DNA of 64,000 bases from a phage, in the NCBI GenBank assembly GCA_036611895.1, contig GCA_036611895.1_4766.1; one strand, given 5' to 3'. A program made the position numbers and the translations under genes. The notes below the pieces were generated by a model that saw only the letters and a list, made by a program, of their open reading frames with translations, was not told where the DNA came from and ran no database searches. Every line of letters starts with the position of its first letter. Positions within the stretch are counted from its first letter, which is position 1. Shown here piece after piece: positions 19,781 to 28,783 of this stretch.

Positions 19781-20044
19781 TTACATTAGAACTTGTTTAC
19801 ACTTATCAAAAATAGCTTTACGAAGTTCAGCTTCTTCCCGTGGTTCATCATTAGGATGGTGACCCAGTGGACTGTTTTGAAAAGCATTCATTAGGAATAA
19901 GACCTGATACTCGGTTAAACCATTAATCTGAATGCTATACGTTTTCTCTGAGGCGATATTTACATTAGCCATTGCGTTTACCTGCCATTGCTTGAAGGAC
20001 AAATACAGCCAGATCTGCTGCTTGGTCATCACTAACTGGATCAT
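19781..20044 (-). CDS. hypothetical protein
   Basis: 87-aa ORF; overlaps the upstream ORF, so the real start is probably internal. Confidence 0.3.
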   Translation of the reverse strand: MIQLVMTKQQIWLYLSFKQWQVNAMANVNIASEKTYSIQINGLTEYQVLFLMNAFQNSPLGHHPNDEPREEAELRKAIFDKCKQVLM

Positions 20045-20342
20045 TACCGTGCCCTAATTGAATGTGACCTTCATCATCCCATTCATCAAGCATACGCTGT
20101 ACTTCGGACAAACCGGCTTGAATCATTTCCTTGCTTGGTTCTAACCATAACTTACGTTCCTCTGCCAGTGCAGCAATGCACATACATAGAGAAGCGATGT
20201 TAGCTGGACAAGCAGCAATATCACCAGTTACTGCAATCTCACTAAGTGGGACAGCTTTACCGGTTTTACTATGAATTACTTCGGGGTTAATCATGAATTT
20301 GCTCCAGGTTATGGGCAGGAATAGGGAAGCATGGATAGTCAC
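19965..20342 (-). CDS. hypothetical protein
   Basis: 125-aa ORF. Confidence 0.4.
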   Translation of the reverse strand: MTIHASLFLPITWSKFMINPEVIHSKTGKAVPLSEIAVTGDIAACPANIASLCMCIAALAEERKLWLEPSKEMIQAGLSEVQRMLDEWDDEGHIQLGHGNDPVSDDQAADLAVFVLQAMAGKRNG

Positions 20343-20499
20343 CGGTAGGGTCCAGTGTTACTGACACATGCAGTGTATTGGTCATTTGGGTTAACATTTG
20401 AGCAGCATTGAAATCATCCTGGATACAGGCATATACAATGTCACCCTTCTCACCCTCACACATTACAGGTGTGTCTTTGATACGGTATTTAGCAGGCAT
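20287..20499 (-). CDS. hypothetical protein
   Basis: 70-aa ORF; 56-nt overlap with the next gene. Confidence 0.3.
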   Translation of the reverse strand: MPAKYRIKDTPVMCEGEKGDIVYACIQDDFNAAQMLTQMTNTLHVSVTLDPTGDYPCFPIPAHNLEQIHD

Positions 20500-20508
20500 A
20501 TTGTTTCC

Positions 20509-20763
20509 TTATTTTTTACTGATAATGGGGTTTTTGTAATTCCAGGCTCTACTAAGTTTTTCCAACTTAAATCCTGCATACCCTGCTTCTTTAGACAGGA
20601 TTTCTTCCGCAGTGTCTATTGCGTTAATTTTGCATAAACGCCCATCTATACAGATATTTTTAAAACTGCCTGTGGATTCTCTGTATATTCCATTGGAATC
20701 TTTCTCCAACATAGTTGCATACCAACTTGCCATAAGTCCTCCTGGGACAGTAATTGAAACCAA
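20509..20763 (-). CDS. hypothetical protein
   Basis: 84-aa ORF just downstream of a terminator. Confidence 0.35.
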   Translation of the reverse strand: MVSITVPGGLMASWYATMLEKDSNGIYRESTGSFKNICIDGRLCKINAIDTAEEILSKEAGYAGFKLEKLSRAWNYKNPIISKK

Positions 20764-20787
20764 AAAAAGACCTCCCGGAGGAGGTCT
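20762..20787 (-). terminator. rho-independent terminator
   Basis: Plus strand AAAAAAAGACCTCC-CGGA-GGAGGTCT, so minus sense is an 8-bp stem followed by T7. Confidence 0.65.
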
Positions 20788-20792
20788 TAGGT

Positions 20793-21029
20793 TTACTTAC
20801 TATTTTCTTCAATGAAGCGTCTCATACGTTCTTTTGCTTCATCATGCTCTTTAATAGCTACATAGTCTCGTGCATAGTAATATGCACACCATAAGCCAAT
20901 ATCACATGCAGAGAAGCGAGCCGCTACGAAGAACATCTCTTCCAGGCTCTGAGCATTGTGTAATGAAAATACAAATTCCAGAACCAGGATGATACTTACA
21001 ATCATTGCTTGGATAGCTAGTTTTTTCAT
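20793..21029 (-). CDS. small membrane protein
   Basis: 78 aa with an N-terminal hydrophobic helix (LAIQAMIVSIILVLEFVF). Confidence 0.4.
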   Translation of the reverse strand: MKKLAIQAMIVSIILVLEFVFSLHNAQSLEEMFFVAARFSACDIGLWCAYYYARDYVAIKEHDEAKERMRRFIEENSK

Positions 21030-21970
21030 TCAGTAATAGTCTCACCTGGGATTAGCTTACGGAATTGGATAAAGTGAAGCAGGTTACCTGAGTACAGATT
21101 CCCCTCTTTATCCATGGAGGTAACACCTTGTTCCCAGGTAACTGGGTTCATATTATTCACGTACTTCTCACCAAGGTTCATAGGGGTAGCCTGATGTTCT
21201 GTTGGGGAAGCATGAATAGGTTGGTTTTCCACTAATTTAGCAAATAAGCCAAGGTCTTCTTCGATAGTAGAAGGTCGTCCTTCAAAATTGTTATAGGAAG
21301 CACGAGCACAACGTGCAGCACTTACTTTAAGAAGTAGTCCATGCACTTCTGCATCACTTGGTTCATCGCGTGTAATTCGATTACGTTTGCAGAAATTGTA
21401 AGCCCCAACACGGTCAATATGAGCAATGTACGGCATATGCCATTGTCCATATGGTAATGCTCTTGGTGTACTTTCTTCATGTGCCTTACGCATTGCTTGA
21501 GCCAGTTCACGAATTTCTGGTTGAGCATCTTTGTGGTCACGCAATCCATAGAAATTAGCCCAGCTTGTTGAAGTTACCACTACACGAATATGTGTGAATG
21601 GTTCCAGAATACGGTTAACAATCTGCTTATGTACTTGCCCACGACGTAGCTGTTCAGCATACACAGCAGCAGCAGATGCAGCGTTATCCCAGATAAATTT
21701 GGCATCCTCAATCTCCATAGGAGTGAGTTCTTCCTCTGCCTGCATACCTTTCTGGTTCTTGCCCCAGTGACTTGGCATCACTGGTTCATTACGAACCTGT
21801 TCGATGAACTTAGAGGTAGGAATAGCACGACTGCTTGAAGCATTGCGGTTAAATACACGGTGGGTCATAAACTCACTGTGAATGAATCGGGGATAAACCA
21901 ATTCAAAGGTTGTGATACGAGTTCCTGTTTCTGGATGAACGGAATCTGCAATTACTGATGCCTTAATCAT
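21026..21970 (-). CDS. thyX: flavin-dependent thymidylate synthase ThyX
   Basis: ThyX-type motif HRVFNRNASSSR (RHR-x7-S pattern) in a 314-aa ORF. Confidence 0.8.
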   Translation of the reverse strand: MIKASVIADSVHPETGTRITTFELVYPRFIHSEFMTHRVFNRNASSSRAIPTSKFIEQVRNEPVMPSHWGKNQKGMQAEEELTPMEIEDAKFIWDNAASAAAVYAEQLRRGQVHKQIVNRILEPFTHIRVVVTSTSWANFYGLRDHKDAQPEIRELAQAMRKAHEESTPRALPYGQWHMPYIAHIDRVGAYNFCKRNRITRDEPSDAEVHGLLLKVSAARCARASYNNFEGRPSTIEEDLGLFAKLVENQPIHASPTEHQATPMNLGEKYVNNMNPVTWEQGVTSMDKEGNLYSGNLLHFIQFRKLIPGETITE

Positions 21971-22413
21971 TAGAATGACCTTAGATAGTTGGTGATACCA
22001 CTTCTCGTCTCTGTGATTCTCTTAACCTGAACATATACCAGCTTAAACTCACTACGAGGTAGTTCTTGTAATACTGCTACACCTTCAGTAAGAGCCACAG
22101 AACACGCTACAGCGGTTTCTTCTTTAAAGGAGTACAAGTCTTCATACATGAGGGCTTCATACTCTTTACGTAGCATACAGAGAGCATTTCTTGCCTTATC
22201 ACTTACTTCTCGTGAACCAGCAGACATAGCTAAGCTGTATATGATAAAGACTTGTTCAAAAACAAAGTCCAGTAATCTATCAGGATTGTTAGTCCCCATG
22301 AATAATTTTGTTATGTAGGAACGAGCTTTACGGTTGAGTTCATACTCATCCTCTATGCCTTTATTATACAGAACAGGATTTCGTTCCCTTTTTCTTAAGA
22401 ATGGGATACGCAT
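21970..22413 (-). CDS. hypothetical protein
   Basis: 147-aa ORF; start overlaps the upstream stop. Confidence 0.4.
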   Translation of the reverse strand: MRIPFLRKRERNPVLYNKGIEDEYELNRKARSYITKLFMGTNNPDRLLDFVFEQVFIIYSLAMSAGSREVSDKARNALCMLRKEYEALMYEDLYSFKEETAVACSVALTEGVAVLQELPRSEFKLVYVQVKRITETRSGITNYLRSF

Positions 22414-22793
22414 TAGTATTTACTACCTCTTCTATACCAGGGGTAGTGATGGGTAGTACTTTTGCCTTTGAACACGTCCTTAGTACGGGGGTTCTTTTGT
22501 ATTTGAGCCAGATAAAGTTGTGTGTCATCCCCACATGGATTAAGCCAGAACTTATCTATGATTCGGTCTACCTTAGATTTCAGATGAGGTTCTGGGGGAA
22601 TATATGAAGGAAAAGGTCTGCTAGTAGTCCATCCTTTTTGAACAAGAACCTGCATTGTTGTGTAAAGATCTAATACATTTTCATTCTCCACTTGGTCATG
22701 GATAGTTTTACCCAAAGTGAGCATTGCAGTTTGTTCTAGCTTACTTAAGTCCAGCCCATACAAGATAGACTTACCATTTCGTCTGTTTGACAT
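22413..22793 (-). CDS. hypothetical protein
   Basis: 126-aa ORF. Confidence 0.4.
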   Translation of the reverse strand: MSNRRNGKSILYGLDLSKLEQTAMLTLGKTIHDQVENENVLDLYTTMQVLVQKGWTTSRPFPSYIPPEPHLKSKVDRIIDKFWLNPCGDDTQLYLAQIQKNPRTKDVFKGKSTTHHYPWYRRGSKY

Positions 22794-22809
22794 AAGAGTA
22801 CCTATAATT

Positions 22810-22835
22810 AAAAAAGCCCACGGGTTAGGTGGGCT
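22810..22835 (-). terminator. rho-independent terminator
   Basis: Plus strand AAAAAAGCCCAC-GGGTTAG-GTGGGCT; minus sense hairpin followed by a T-run. Confidence 0.55.
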
Positions 22836-22910
22836 TGGGTTAGGAGATGGATAAGCAATGAGCTGGAAGCAACTTCCACAAGCACCACTATATAATGATG
22901 CTTAGGTTAG

Positions 22911-23189
22911 TTACTCTGCTTTACTGCCACCATTGGTTTGAACAACAGTTACATTTGTAACCTGGTTCTGACCTTTGTTGGACAGTGCCCAAATCAGTGC
23001 TACTACCCAGAATACCAGTGACCAGCCTAATACGATATTAAGCACACCAATGCCCCACTTAGAGGCATGGCCTCGTGCAAAAGCAATGATAGTAGGGATA
23101 AGGTATACAGCTAATACAAATAACAGAACAAGGATTGCTGCTAAAGATTCCATGATGGTTCCTATGTGGGGTTGAGTTAGTTTCTTCAC
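22911..23189 (-). CDS. superinfection-immunity-like small membrane protein
   Basis: YLIPTIIAFARGH...NIVLGWSLVFWVVALIWAL matches the Imm-type pattern; two predicted TM helices. Confidence 0.6.
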   Translation of the reverse strand: MKKLTQPHIGTIMESLAAILVLLFVLAVYLIPTIIAFARGHASKWGIGVLNIVLGWSLVFWVVALIWALSNKGQNQVTNVTVVQTNGGSKAE

Positions 23190-23226
23190 AAATAGCCCAA
23201 CAGTGCTGGGCTATTTAGGCAGCTAC

Positions 23227-23436
23227 TTACTCAGCATCTTTGCTTGCAGGAGCAAGGGCTTTCTTCAGGTAATTACGTACTGAACGATAGGTTTCTTTGG
23301 TATCCAAAGTACCATCATTTACAAACGAAATACGCGCGCAATCAGACTGCGGAATCTGTTGCACTGCAATCACATTTGCAGCATTAATGGTTAAACGTAC
23401 ATCTGAGGTTGCATGGGTTACTTGAAATACTGACAT
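23227..23436 (-). CDS. hypothetical protein
   Basis: 69-aa ORF. Confidence 0.35.
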   Translation of the reverse strand: MSVFQVTHATSDVRLTINAANVIAVQQIPQSDCARISFVNDGTLDTKETYRSVRNYLKKALAPASKDAE

Positions 23437-23445
23437 GAGTTTTCC

Positions 23446-23952
23446 TTATTTGCTGCTTCTTGCAGCTACTGGTTTGTTTTCCTGGTTCTGATACTTACCA
23501 TTGTAATTAGCAGGTTCTTGAACCAGATGAAATAATACTTGAGCTATCCCAGCACCAGCCGGGATATGCAATTTCTTACGACCATGATAGACCAATTCAA
23601 GGGTGAGATACCCTTTCCATCCTGGTTCTATTACGGTATTGAACACTGATAATGCACGTCTTGCCCATGTAGACTTATCGTGAACTATAGCTACGCAGGA
23701 CGGGGACATGTTGAACTTCTCAATTGCTGAAGCCAATGTGAATTTACCGAAATGGCGTGATACTTGATTTCCATCAACAACCTTCACCATTGGAATCAAT
23801 CCAAATAAGCGATAGAAGGTAATATCTTGTTTGATACGAATATCATAACCAGCTTCACCCAATCCATAGCTTACACCGTGTTCAGATATCTTACGGTCTG
23901 GGACATCCAGCAACTGGGATGAACGATATAGAGAATTACCATTAACAACCAT
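23446..23952 (-). CDS. dcd: dCTP deaminase family protein
   Basis: NTVIEPGWKGYLTLEL and KSTWARRAL motifs typical of the dCTP deaminase/dUTPase fold. Confidence 0.75.
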   Translation of the reverse strand: MVVNGNSLYRSSQLLDVPDRKISEHGVSYGLGEAGYDIRIKQDITFYRLFGLIPMVKVVDGNQVSRHFGKFTLASAIEKFNMSPSCVAIVHDKSTWARRALSVFNTVIEPGWKGYLTLELVYHGRKKLHIPAGAGIAQVLFHLVQEPANYNGKYQNQENKPVAARSSK

Positions 23953-25127
23953 TATTTCATTCCTTTAGGGATATGAACTACCTCCCCAAAAGGTACGGTA
24001 GCATTGGGATTATTCAGAACACACCAGATGATTGGAATATCAAATGGCAATTCTTCCATTGGACGAACATACATATCGGAGAATATGATTGCAGCGGTTG
24101 GCTTATTCTTAATAATCCAATCTCGTACAGGCACAAGGCTTGTACCACCACGACCTGTAATCTTAATCTCTTCAAAAGTATCTTCTTCAGTGATGTCTAT
24201 CTCTTCTTGAATAATATCGTCGAAAGTAATTAAGGACATCTTCTTAGGGTTGAACTGGCTTTTAACGTAGGCAACCTCTGAGTTAAAACGCAGAGAGTCA
24301 GCACTACTAATAGAACCAGATACATCCTCAAAGTAGGCTAAGTGACGTAGGCGTCCTTCATCATCTTCCAGGGAAGGTAGATAAATATCAGTGTAACGAC
24401 GGTTAGGTCTGGCCCACGTATAGTGTGTGTCATCAATGTCGGTAAAGAAGTTCATGAGAACTTCCTGCCAAGGAACCACTGGTTTAAGGAATTGGGTAAT
24501 GACCTCTTCCATACGACCAGCACCCTTACCGGGCATCTGTCCACCAGCCATCTTCTGGCTCTGCATTGCACGTACTACGTTGTTGACTACAGCACCCTGG
24601 GACTGTCCCGAAGTGGGGGATTTCATGTCGCCAGCAAGACCTGCTCCAGCACCCCCTGACGGCTTCTGCCTTTTCTGAGGGTTCTTCATCAGGTCATCGT
24701 AGATGTCTTCTTCGACCCATCCTTTATATTGCGGGTCTTTGCAAATGCCTTCATCAATGCCAGTGAACTTGTAGCCATCTTCTTCTAACTGAAGGTTAAT
24801 GAAGTGGTCACAAGCCTGGTTCCATACTTCTGGGTCACGGCTTCCACGACGGATGTCATGTAGATATGCTACATGCCATAGTTCATGCATTAATACTGTT
24901 TCTCTTGCATCTGGACACATCCAGATAAAGAAATCAGGATTGAAATGGAGTTCTATCCCATCAGTACATGCAGTGGGACAATCCTCACGTTTCCATGAGA
25001 ATTTAAGACTACACAGTAATGAACCAAAGAACGCAGCAGACTTGCCCAGAAAGGCTTGGGCCTGAATACGGTCATACTCACGCATGAGTTGTTCATCACT
25101 AAGTGTGTGCTGAGGAAATTGGTTCAT
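23952..25127 (-). CDS. vWA-domain protein with zincin-like HExxH motif
   Basis: MHELWHVAYLH (HExxH) in the N-terminal half; partner of the adjacent MoxR-like ATPase. Confidence 0.5.
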   Translation of the reverse strand: MNQFPQHTLSDEQLMREYDRIQAQAFLGKSAAFFGSLLCSLKFSWKREDCPTACTDGIELHFNPDFFIWMCPDARETVLMHELWHVAYLHDIRRGSRDPEVWNQACDHFINLQLEEDGYKFTGIDEGICKDPQYKGWVEEDIYDDLMKNPQKRQKPSGGAGAGLAGDMKSPTSGQSQGAVVNNVVRAMQSQKMAGGQMPGKGAGRMEEVITQFLKPVVPWQEVLMNFFTDIDDTHYTWARPNRRYTDIYLPSLEDDEGRLRHLAYFEDVSGSISSADSLRFNSEVAYVKSQFNPKKMSLITFDDIIQEEIDITEEDTFEEIKITGRGGTSLVPVRDWIIKNKPTAAIIFSDMYVRPMEELPFDIPIIWCVLNNPNATVPFGEVVHIPKGMK

Positions 25128-25134
25128 GTTGTGA

Positions 25135-26187
25135 TTATCCGTGAATGTAACGAGAGATGTTAGCAGCAGCCTTACGCCATTCAGGGGTAGCCTGAAGTTC
25201 TGGTAATGCTCTGCCTACTGTACGGAAGTACAGAATCTTATGGGTGAACGTTTTAAAGCGTTCAATGTACTGAAGAACTTCAGCGAAATTCTCTTCAGTA
25301 GTTTTGTTAGCCAGATGGTTAACGGTAGCCCAGCACAGGTTGTTATCTTCCGGTAATGCACAGCCCAGTGGGTCTTTGACTACCTTCTCAATCGTAATGA
25401 TACGATTATATACCTGAGTAAACTGAACAAATTCTGTAGCTTTACCGGCAGTAACGTGTCCTGCATAGTAGATAGAATCTTCATCAGGCAGAGCACCTTC
25501 TGGTAGGTTCTTGAGGTCTTTATTAACAAAGTCCCAGGTACGTGGACAACAGAAAGTTTTGTTCTTATGTGCTGGGTCGAAGTCATGCAGGTAACCAGGG
25601 TTAGCATGTAAGAATGCAACCAGACGTTCATCCCATTGTTGGGGAATCATTACATCTTCAACAAAGATGTCGAAGTTAAGTTCCATCTCAAAGTGAACCA
25701 CACGAGACTGCATTGCAGTACCCAGAGGATTAACAATGGCACGGTCAGTAGCTTTGTTACCAGCACAGACAATCATCACATTAGGATGAAGTTTTTTCTG
25801 ACCAGTCATACGGTCTAGAATTAGTTTGTATGCAGCAGCTACCACTTCTTTCTTAGCTGAGTTGAACTCATCAAGGAACAGGAGCCAGCCATTATAACCT
25901 TCGGGTACTTCGTCTCCCTCAATGGGAAATAAGTCAGCGAATGGTATAAACTCTGCACGGTCACCATTACGGAATGGCAAACCAGACAGGTCTTCCGGGG
26001 CAGAAGTAGACAGACGATGGTCTATCAGTTTCATACCAAATTCTTCTGCAATAGAACGAATGATTGCAGATTTACCCATGCCTGGTGATGAAGTTAGGAA
26101 TGGTACGTTACCTGCTTTCAAAGCACGGATAATAAAGTTACGAGCTTGACGTGAATTACATACGGTCAAGGAGTCAATGCTTGCCAT
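25135..26187 (-). CDS. MoxR-like AAA+ ATPase
   Basis: Walker A SPGMGKS and Walker B LLFLDEFN. Confidence 0.7.
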   Translation of the reverse strand: MASIDSLTVCNSRQARNFIIRALKAGNVPFLTSSPGMGKSAIIRSIAEEFGMKLIDHRLSTSAPEDLSGLPFRNGDRAEFIPFADLFPIEGDEVPEGYNGWLLFLDEFNSAKKEVVAAAYKLILDRMTGQKKLHPNVMIVCAGNKATDRAIVNPLGTAMQSRVVHFEMELNFDIFVEDVMIPQQWDERLVAFLHANPGYLHDFDPAHKNKTFCCPRTWDFVNKDLKNLPEGALPDEDSIYYAGHVTAGKATEFVQFTQVYNRIITIEKVVKDPLGCALPEDNNLCWATVNHLANKTTEENFAEVLQYIERFKTFTHKILYFRTVGRALPELQATPEWRKAAANISRYIHG

Positions 26188-26221
26188 TTACTTACTCTCC
26201 TAAAGCTAATGGAATTACTAA

Positions 26222-26548
26222 TTAAGATTTAATACATGGGTATGCTGTATCAATCGCCAACAGAACCATGTCTGATGGCACTTTTATTGCATTAACCTTT
26301 CGGTCATACAGAATAATAGTGGCTACCTTGTCAAAGACATTTCCTAACTTCAAATGCTCTGGTACGCAGTTTTTTCCTGCTTCTACGCCCATAGTAACCA
26401 TGCCCATGAAATAACCCTGGTTCACAAAGTTTGCATTATTGGCTTTGTAGTCGGCAGCAGCATCCAACAAGGTTTCACGGCTAGATGCTTGGGCATTGAA
26501 TGACAGAACAGATAAAGCTACTACAGCAACAGCAATTAAAGTTTTCAT
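26222..26548 (-). CDS. secreted or periplasmic small protein
   Basis: N-terminal signal-peptide-like MKTLIAVAVVALSVLSFNAQA. Confidence 0.45.
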   Translation of the reverse strand: MKTLIAVAVVALSVLSFNAQASSRETLLDAAADYKANNANFVNQGYFMGMVTMGVEAGKNCVPEHLKLGNVFDKVATIILYDRKVNAIKVPSDMVLLAIDTAYPCIKS

Positions 26549-26734
26549 TTAGTTACCTTTTAATTGGTTTAGTTGAAGTACACCGATAGGGGTTAATGAC
26601 CACCCAAGACCAGCATTGAACTGTACTAAGCCCAGCTTCTTAAGAGACTGTGCGGTTTTGTTATTACGGTTGCTGGTGGCAGAACCACCTTGAACCATAC
26701 GAAGGAATATTGCTTGGGACTGGGTTAATTTCAC
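26549..26734 (-). CDS. hypothetical protein
   Basis: 61-aa ORF. Confidence 0.3.
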   Translation of the reverse strand: MKLTQSQAIFLRMVQGGSATSNRNNKTAQSLKKLGLVQFNAGLGWSLTPIGVLQLNQLKGN

Positions 26735-26991
26735 TCATCTTCTCCTTCATCTGGGAGTGGTGATAAATCTACACCTAAATGCTCAAAGCGTTTTTCTAAG
26801 ACAGCAATCCTCTTTTGATAAAATGACAGCAGTTCAGGAAGTATTCTTGTACGAGCTTGTGGTCCTAAATCCGTACCATTGAATGATACTTTCACCATAT
26901 GTGGTGACTTCTTCAAACTAGCTAATTGCTGTCGGTTGTCGTTGTATTCTTCATACAGTTTTTCAACCAAACGTAGATTATGAATATTCAT
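26731..26991 (-). CDS. hypothetical protein
   Basis: 86-aa ORF with stop/start overlap. Confidence 0.4.
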   Translation of the reverse strand: MNIHNLRLVEKLYEEYNDNRQQLASLKKSPHMVKVSFNGTDLGPQARTRILPELLSFYQKRIAVLEKRFEHLGVDLSPLPDEGEDE

Positions 26992-27209
26992 TTCTTCTCC
27001 GGTACGAACTGCATTACACAGTTTTGATTACGAGGGATATTAAGTTCACATTCATGTTTGAGGGTTTGTGTTACAGAGTTTGGAGTAGAACCAAAGTAGG
27101 TATTAGATATAGCTACAAATCCTGCACCTATTAAACCACCTAGCAAGAATGAGAAGAATGCAATCTCTTTATACATTTCCTGGCTCCAGATGTAGAAAAC
27201 CCCAGTCAA
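26988..27209 (-). CDS. small membrane protein
   Basis: 73 aa with a central hydrophobic helix. Confidence 0.35.
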   Translation of the reverse strand: MTGVFYIWSQEMYKEIAFFSFLLGGLIGAGFVAISNTYFGSTPNSVTQTLKHECELNIPRNQNCVMQFVPEKK

Positions 27210-27237
27210 TGCTGGGGTTTATCTATCAGTTTATACT

Positions 27238-27498
27238 TTATAGACCGTGTGGTCGGCATAGACTACCTGAACCAAAGGAACGATGTCCAAGTCGGCCCAG
27301 GATTAGGTTGCTTACTTCAGCAGCAGCACGACTGAATGCTTTAAAGTCAAAGACTACGATACCAAAGAGTGGGGCTGCGATAGCAGCTACCATGATTGGC
27401 GTCAGGTCAACCAGTGACATACCCAAGATTAAGTGAGCAGCGTAGGCAATAATACCCATTCCAACACCACAACCATATCCAATAGCAATTTTACGCAT
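27238..27498 (-). CDS. small membrane protein
   Basis: 86 aa, Gly/Ala-rich hydrophobic segments. Confidence 0.35.
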   Translation of the reverse strand: MRKIAIGYGCGVGMGIIAYAAHLILGMSLVDLTPIMVAAIAAPLFGIVVFDFKAFSRAAAEVSNLILGRLGHRSFGSGSLCRPHGL

Positions 27499-27555
27499 AG
27501 TTACCTTCTTAGTTAGTAGATTGATACATATTCATATAACAGACAAACAATAGTC

Positions 27556-27585
27556 AAAAAAAGACCTCCCTTCAATAGGGAGGTC
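27556..27585 (-). terminator. rho-independent terminator
   Basis: Plus strand AAAAAAAGACCTCCC-TTCAATA-GGGAGGTC; minus sense stem followed by T7. Confidence 0.6.
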
Positions 27586-27635
27586 AAGCTTGGGAGTTTT
27601 ATTTCAGGGTTTATAACCCCAAACAAAGGATACCC

Positions 27636-28469
27636 TTATTCTGCAACAGTAACAGGGATGGTTACATCGACAGTACCATTGGTAACTACTACAGAAGTAG
27701 CATCACCAGCAGCAACTGGTTTAACCGTCAGTACGTTACCAGCAATGGTAGCTGTAGCACGACCGGATTCTGGAGCAGTCTTGATAGACAAAGTACCGAC
27801 AGATGAGCCAACAGGCATAGCAACAATCGTTACGTTCTTACCATCAGTAGTATCAGCAGCAACAGACAGAGCCAGTGAAGCTGGAGTAGCTACCAATGAG
27901 CTTGCTTCGTAGTAGCCTACAGCCAGCAGCGACTCATCTTCTACAGTGGTTCCATTAGCATCGGTAACAATCACTTTGTAAGTACCAGCAGAAGCAGCTG
28001 TTACGCCATTAAGAGACAATGTTGCAGTAGCAGCGGATTCATTCTCACCTGAATCAATATCAGCGAATGCTGCACCAGCAGTATTAGTTTTGAATTGCCA
28101 TTTATAAGTAAATGGTGCTTTACCACCTGCTACATCAACATGCCAGTTAATATCCTCACCTTCGATAGCAGAGACTACACGAGGCAGTTTGGTAGCAATA
28201 GTCAGTCGTGGAGTAGCCTTCATCTCAATAGAGATAGCCTGCATATCCACGATGTTGTTAGGCCAGAAGCCTTCTTCAGCAGGGTTTTTGGCAGAGCGTT
28301 TATACAGCAGATCACGAACACCATGAAAGATAACTAAGCTATCTGGATAAGTGGCATCTGGATGTACAAAGGTTCCTACTTCTACGGAACCACCTGGGAT
28401 AGAGCCATTGGCATCCAGTACAGTTGCAACATTAGTGGTTTTGTTAAAACCTACTTTTAAAGTTGGCAT
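27636..28469 (-). CDS. Ig-like domain protein
   Basis: Thr/Ala/Val-rich beta-strand-like repeats (KVIVTDANGTTV, VTIPVTVAE); start moved to the ATG at 28469, which has a GAGGAAA RBS. Confidence 0.5.
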   Translation of the reverse strand: MPTLKVGFNKTTNVATVLDANGSIPGGSVEVGTFVHPDATYPDSLVIFHGVRDLLYKRSAKNPAEEGFWPNNIVDMQAISIEMKATPRLTIATKLPRVVSAIEGEDINWHVDVAGGKAPFTYKWQFKTNTAGAAFADIDSGENESAATATLSLNGVTAASAGTYKVIVTDANGTTVEDESLLAVGYYEASSLVATPASLALSVAADTTDGKNVTIVAMPVGSSVGTLSIKTAPESGRATATIAGNVLTVKPVAAGDATSVVVTNGTVDVTIPVTVAE

Positions 28470-28525
28470 ATCAATTTCCTCATAAGTAAATAGCAGAGTT
28501 AGTATACATGACAGATAAAAAAATA

Positions 28526-28545
28526 AACCCTCCGTTAAGAGGGTT
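28526..28545 (-). terminator. rho-independent terminator overlapping a stop codon
   Basis: Plus strand AAAAATAAACCCTC-CGTTAA-GAGGGTT. Confidence 0.5.
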
Positions 28546-28759
28546 AGTTGTTTACACAGTAGATAGCAAAAGCTATCCATCCTGCTATTACAAAGCAGCC
28601 TAGTGAGTATGCTCCATAGTAGTAATAAGCAAACTTAGACTTGTGGGCATGGACTATCGTAGACAGAACCAGTACAGATAAAACTATCAGTATTAGCTGA
28701 AAGATTACTTCAAAAGGGATTAGCATAGTTGTTACCTCCAAGCAAAAAATATGCCTCAC
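28544..28759 (-). CDS. small membrane protein
   Basis: 71 aa with two hydrophobic helices. Confidence 0.4.
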   Translation of the reverse strand: MRHIFCLEVTTMLIPFEVIFQLILIVLSVLVLSTIVHAHKSKFAYYYYGAYSLGCFVIAGWIAFAIYCVNN

Positions 28760-28783
28760 TCCCGAAGGAATGAGGCTAGTTTA

